Positions 9,296-13,900 of a stretch of 13,900 nucleotides of DNA are shown piece after piece. Within the stretch, counting starts at the first letter, position 1. The number at the start of each line of letters is the position of its first letter. The position numbers and the translations under genes are program-made. The notes below the pieces were generated by a model. That model did no database searches and had not been told where the DNA came from. It worked only from the letters and a program-made list of their open reading frames with translations. The stretch is from Octopus sinensis (lineage: Eukaryota): NCBI RefSeq assembly GCF_006345805.1, contig NW_021826030.1, forward strand, positions 1 through 13,900. The letters run 5' to 3'.

Positions 9296-9551
9296 TTAAT
9301 TTGCTTTGCGGGAGCAACTATTTTATCGAAAGCGTATATTGTTGTTAAATGCTCGAAATACGAGACTAGAAAAACAGCCCACAACTGATGAAGGGTTGTT
9401 CTTTATGTTGTTTGTTTTGTTTTCCATTTGTGCCTTTTGTTGTTCGAAAGAATAGTTCATGTTCCATGTACTCGTGCTTCGTACATTTTTGTTGTACACG
9501 TTTCGTGACGTCCTGTGTCCACATATGCATATATAAATATATATATATATA

Positions 9552-10055
9552 TCTCTTATTATAAAAGGCAGATTTTATCTGCCTCCCTTTGGGAGTTATA
9601 CAAATCTACAATATAGGATTTCTTCAATTACAATTTACCTAGCATTTTTGAGAGTACAATGCATCGCGTCATGCCAGGTCCAGTTTTTAAAATTTAAACT
9701 CCAATTAAGCAAAATTTACAGAAAACTCACATTCTGGTGTGTGTGTCAAATGCTTTTCTTAGTCTGGTTTACACCACACGCAAACGCACACACACAGTGG
9801 GCAACGAATAAAATGAAAGTAATTCCCTTACCGTAGTGAGTGATTCTTTCACTCTGCCTCCCACTTCCTATTTCCACACATAGACACGCAAATATATAAA
9901 TAAAATTGTAAGCTAACGTGCGTGTGTGTGAGTGTGTGTGTGTGTGTGTGCGTGCGTGTGTGTGTGTGTGAGGGTGCGTGTGCGAGTGTGTGTGTGTGCG
10001 TGTGCGTGAGTGTGTGACAGGAAAGTTTTTTACGACGAATATAACACCTATATCC
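9552..10055 (+). mobile_element. Probable Helitron-like non-autonomous element, 5' part
   Basis: Starts A|TCTCTTATTATAAAAG like the 11009 element (A|TCTTTATATATAAAAG); subterminal hairpin GGCAGA/TCTGCC; no CTAG 3' end found, so the right boundary is approximate. Confidence 0.45.
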
Positions 10056-10068
10056 AAGTAGCAGAAAG

Positions 10069-10225
10069 ATAAGACAGTAAGGTGTGATTTGAGGGAGATT
10101 TGGCTGCTATTTCTACCATGTTACCAGGTCTAGCTACCATGTAGAGGTCCCCCTCATTGGCTCATATATATATACATAAGACAGTAAGGTGTGATTTGAG
10201 GGAGATTTGGCTGCTGTTTCTACCA
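10069..10225. repeat. Local direct duplication of a 50-bp repeat segment
   Basis: 10069-10118 and 10176-10225 differ at one position; related to about 4985-5010. Confidence 0.9.
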
Positions 10226-10299
10226 GGTCTGTTAGGCCTTCTCATGTAAACTCAAGCTTTCTCATGCCTTGAACATAAGACCAAAGCAGAGAATGTATT

Positions 10300-10592
10300 C
10301 TTTTATTCTTCTGCTTTTTCCAGCCATTGGTCTGTGGCCATGCTGGGGCAATGCCTTGAAGAATTGTAGTTTGATGAATCAACTCCAGTTTTATTTTTGT
10401 AAGCATTGTACTTATTCTATGTTTCCTTTGTCAAACCACTAGGTGACAGGGATGTAAACAAACCAACATTCGTTGTCAAGCAGTGTGGAGGACAATCACA
10501 AGCACAGACACGCACACACACACACATACATGCATACACATATACACACATACATACATACATACATATATATATATGTGTGTATATATATA
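10300..10592 (-). mobile_element. Old, diverged SINE family 1 (3' half)
   Basis: ttccagccattgg...gtggccatgctggggca...gtacttattctat...gatgtaaacaaaccaac...gttgtcaagc is the reverse complement of the SINE body. Confidence 0.75.
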
Positions 10593-10847
10593 TTGCAGCG
10601 TGGAAGGTGTTTGTAAGCCATTTAGAAACACACAAAAACCGTTACATTCACTTCAACATTTAAATTTAATTTGCCAAAATATTTTCGTCGCTTCAGACCG
10701 CGACCTGTTCACTGACAAAAATATCGTGCTAACAGGTCGCGGTCTCAAAGCGACGAAATATTTTGACAAATTAAATTTAAATGTTGAAGTGAATCTAACG
10801 GTTTTTGTGTGTTTCTTAAATGGCTTATAAACCCTTCAACGCTGCAA
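10593..10847. repeat. 255-bp fold-back palindrome (Penelope-like/retrozyme-type)
   Basis: Arms 10593-10709 and 10731-10847 (about 9 differences by eye), 21-nt spacer; no TSD seen. Confidence 0.93.
10670..10719 (-). ncRNA. Hammerhead-like fold, family D, with G3:C8 swapped core
   Basis: Minus strand: UUUGUCA-GUGAACA-G-GUCGC-GGUCUGAA-GCGAC-GAAA-AUAU-UU-UGGCAAA. Stem I 7 bp, stem II 5 bp, palindromic stem III AAUAUU, H17=U at 10677. Confidence 0.6.
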
Positions 10848-10939
10848 CTGTTTTCGTTCCAGCACGCGATCTCAGATCAAGTCACTTGCTATGCAAGTAC
10901 ATCTCTGTAACTATATATATATTTATATTTATACATATA

Positions 10940-11008
10940 TGTATATTGGTAAAAAAGTAAGATAACAAAAGAAAGAAAGAGACCTCAATATTATGTAAAT
11001 AGAGGAAA
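10940..11008 (-). mobile_element. 3'-terminal fragment of the family C (HHR-bearing) repeat
   Basis: gagacctcaatattatgtaaatagaggaa matches gagacctccatattatgtaaatagaggaa at about 7238-7265 (1 mismatch). Confidence 0.7.
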
Positions 11009-11400
11009 TCTTTATATATAAAAGTGAGGTTGTGTTCTGTCTCCTACGATTTACATTCCTAACTACTCCCACATTTTGCGGTGCAGTTTAACCAAAACCG
11101 GGTATCTTATAGTCGTGATTCATATCGAGACCGTCTGGGTATTACGCGCGCGTCTACGATGAGTCTACGATTTTAAAAAAAAATTACCATCAATTTTTCC
11201 CATTTTTAATCATTTTGACATATATAAGGGAAGTAACTCTCTAAAATGTATTATTAAATCTCAGAACGTAAAAAGCTACAGTACACCCCTCCCCCTTTGT
11301 GGTTAGCCATATTGAGATGGCTATTATACTTTACATCTCTAAAAATGCTTATATAATTATTTCCCTTACAAATCCGAGCAACGCCGGGCGATACTGCTAG
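11009..11400 (+). mobile_element. Non-autonomous Helitron-like element
   Basis: 5' TC, 3' CTAG, inserted between A and T with no TSD; GC-rich hairpin (ccgagcaacgccgg) about 12 nt before CTAG. Confidence 0.8.
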
Positions 11401-11435
11401 TATAATATATATATGTATGTATAGATGAATGTATA

Positions 11436-11795
11436 GGCGCAGGAGTGGCTGTGTGGTAAGTAGCTTGCTAACCAACAACATGGTTCCGGTTCAGTCCCAC
11501 TGCGTGGCATCTTGGGCAAGTGTCTTCTGCTATAGCCCCGGGCCGACCAATGCCTTGTGAGTGGATTTGTAGTACGGAAACTGAAAGAAGCCTGTCGTAT
11601 ATGTATATATATATATGTATGTGTGTGTTTGTGTGTCTGTGTTTGTCCCCCTAGCATTGCTTGACAACCGATGCTGGTGTGTTTAGTCCCCGTCACTTAG
11701 CGGTTCGGCAAAAGAGACCGATAGAATAAGTACTGGGCTTACAAAAATAAGACCCAGGGTCGATTTGGTCGAATGACTGAAAGAAGTAAAAGAAA
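11436..11795 (+). mobile_element. SINE family 1 with an internal deletion in the 3' tail
   Basis: Intact A/B boxes and body; lacks the ...ctaaaggcggtgctccagcatggccgcagtca... segment (junction ggtcga|atgactgaaa). Confidence 0.92.
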
Positions 11796-11809
11796 AAAGA
11801 GAAAAAGAG

Positions 11810-11923
11810 AAATATATGTATGTATATAAATGTATGTATATATATGTATGTATGTATATATATATATATATATATTATATTATATATATATTATATATAA
11901 TGTATTATATATATATATATATG

Positions 11924-11968
<45 letters not shown>

Positions 11969-12102
11969 TGTATGTATATATACATCACGTATAGATGTTA
12001 GTATGTACATATACGTATGCATATATGTATATATATATATATATTATATATATATATATATGCACGTATAAATGTAAGTATGTACATATACGTATGTATA
12101 TA

Positions 12103-12180
<78 letters not shown>

Positions 12181-12197
12181 ATCATATATATATATAG
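11810..12197. repeat. Long degenerate (TA)n/(TATG)n microsatellite
   Basis: Simple repeat array. Confidence 0.95.
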
Positions 12198-12199
12198 AT

Positions 12200-12250
12200 T
12201 TAACAAAATTCCTTTTTATTATTTTCTACATATGTTTCAAAGGCTGCTTC
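12200..12250 (-). mobile_element. Truncated relative of family A (3' half of hammerhead only)
   Basis: Minus strand gcagccttt-GAAA-CAUAUG-UA-gaaaataataaaaaggaattttgttaa parallels gctgtcttc-GAAA-CAUGUG-UC-gagagtaaaggaattttgttaa at 21-65; the 5' core half is absent. Confidence 0.6.
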
Positions 12251-12284
12251 GTTCAGCTCCATATATATATATATATATGTATAT

Positions 12285-12706
12285 CAATACAAAATGGGAC
12301 AGAACGCAAAACATCCGGACAACTAGGCGATACAAAAAGGGACAATAAAACATCGATAGACGATACAAAAAAACAAAGACGGGTCATTCGAAGCTTTCTA
12401 TCCTCAGTCAAGAACCAGATCATCCTCGCAATTTCGGCTGATAAATCTTGAGATTGCTCCAATCTGGCCAGCCTCAAGGAAAAACTAAGCTAAGAGCATG
12501 AAATTCTTTGGAAGAAAGCATCGAATGCACACGAAAGCAAGGACGGAAAACAGACAATGTTACACAAATATGAATACAATATAAATACAATAAAAATAAT
12601 AATAACAGGACATAACAACAGGTGTCTTTCGACTGGGGACGAATAGAATTCAGCTGGCGTGTGTGGAAATGAAGCCTTAAGGCAGAGATACATAAATTTC
12701 ACAAAC

Positions 12707-12752
<46 letters not shown>

Positions 12753-12870
12753 ACATATATTTATATATTATTTATATTATATTATATTATATATATATAC
12801 ATACAAATTGAATTAGCTCGCGTGTGTGGAAATGAAACCTTACGGCAGAGATACAAAAGTTTCACAAACA
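12285..12870. repeat. Unclassified interspersed repeat with a duplicated 51-bp end
   Basis: 12657-12707 and 12820-12870 are 47/51 identical, each followed by (CA)n; non-coding and bounded by microsatellites. Confidence 0.55.
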
Positions 12871-13099
12871 CAAACACACACATGCACATATATATAAATA
12901 TATATATTATTTATATATATAAACACACATTCATACACACACACATATACACATTCACACAAACATACGTATATATGTATGTGTGTGTGTGTGTATATAT
13001 GTTATATATATATATATATATATATACATATATATATAGAGAGAGAGACAGACAGAGAAAGAGAGAGAGAGATGGGGGTGGGGAGAGAAATTTAATCGT

Positions 13100-13345
13100 G
13101 ATTTATTTTGGCAGAAATAGCACAATTAATCTTGTCCGAGTATATAAGGACGCTACCAAATCGCTGATTGGTGAGGGGTGAAAAACAAAACTGAACAAAA
13201 AGAGATGGAAAGACGAAGGGTGGAGTCAGCGGCCATGCAGTGTTGTGGAAGAAACAAAAAGGGAAGAAAATGGGGATGACCCCCACCCCCCTATATGTGG
13301 AAAGATGAACGAAATGAAAGGGAGGAGAGAGTGACGCAGGAAAAT
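13100..13345. promoter_or_regulatory. Possible Pol II promoter
   Basis: TATATAAG at 13141-13148, CCAAT box on the minus strand (ctgattggt near 13165-13173), TGACGCA CRE-like site near 13332, strong purine/pyrimidine strand asymmetry, no recognisable repeat. Orientation ambiguous. Confidence 0.3.
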
Positions 13346-13479
13346 CAGCGGAACTGAGAGCCCGCGCGAACCAAGTTCTTGTGTTCAGCGATCGAAAGCA
13401 TGTAGAATCGAATCAAAGAACAGAATTGGGTGTGGAGATCGATTTGTAATTGTGAATCCTGGTTGTTCAATTACTTCGA

Positions 13480-13483
<4 letters not shown>

Positions 13484-13514
<31 letters not shown>

Positions 13515-13740
13515 ATATATATATATATACATATATACATACATATATATATGTGTATATATATATATATATATACACAGAGCTAAACATACATATACAT
13601 ACATAATACATATACATATACATATATATATACATATATATATATATACATATATATATACATATACATATACATATATATATACATATACATATATATA
13701 TACGATACATATACATATATATATACATATACATATACAC

Positions 13741-13799
<59 letters not shown>

Positions 13800-13900
13800 C
13801 ACACACATAGCTGCACATACTACATACACATAAACATACATATTTGTGGGTATATACCCATACACACACACACACACACACACACAACCACGCCACAATG
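13484..13900. repeat. (GAT)n followed by (TA)n/(TACATA)n/(CA)n microsatellites
   Basis: Simple repeat arrays running to the window end. Confidence 0.95.

Noticed and set aside
9340-9460. CUGAUGA at about 9375 with nearby GCUCGAAA and UUCGAAAG
   Set aside because: No consistent stem I/II/III can be built in any permutation. It may be a scrambled PLE-like end but is not supportable as a ribozyme.
9470-9520. Minus-strand GAAACGUGUA (hammerhead 3' half)
   Set aside because: No CUGANGA half or stem partners upstream before the TA tract.
12385-12420. Minus-strand CUGAGGA-UA-GAAAGCUUC
   Set aside because: Only 2 nt for stem II and no adjacent stem I pairing.
13345-13410. CUGAGAG...GAUCGAAAGCAUGUA
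   Set aside because: The core is one base short and stems I and III are mismatched.

Overview
Repeat-saturated, AT-rich eukaryotic non-genic (intergenic or intronic) DNA. The SINE families and dense (TA)n/(CA)n/(TACA)n microsatellites look like an Octopus/coleoid cephalopod genome; this is recognition from memory, not a database result. No intact host gene is recognisable and almost all listed ORFs are microsatellite or SINE artefacts. Identifiable elements: six copies or fragments of one tRNA-derived SINE, two copies of a second (Nin-domain-like) SINE, a decayed 5'-truncated CR1-group LINE (RT motifs, minus strand), a decayed RTE 3' end, a hAT MITE with a perfect 8-bp TSD, and Helitron-like non-autonomous elements. 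The unexpected signal is a set of type I hammerhead ribozyme (HHR) folds from five unrelated sequence families (33-123 -, 621-676 -, 2825-2859 +, 7306-7366 - / 7401-7461 +, 10670-10719 -). Two families sit at the centre of long fold-back palindromes, as expected for Penelope-like or retrozyme-type insertions. Several have non-canonical cores: a G3:C8 swap of the C3:G8 tertiary pair, U4C, and an extra purine after A9. All folds were read by eye; none is shown to cleave.
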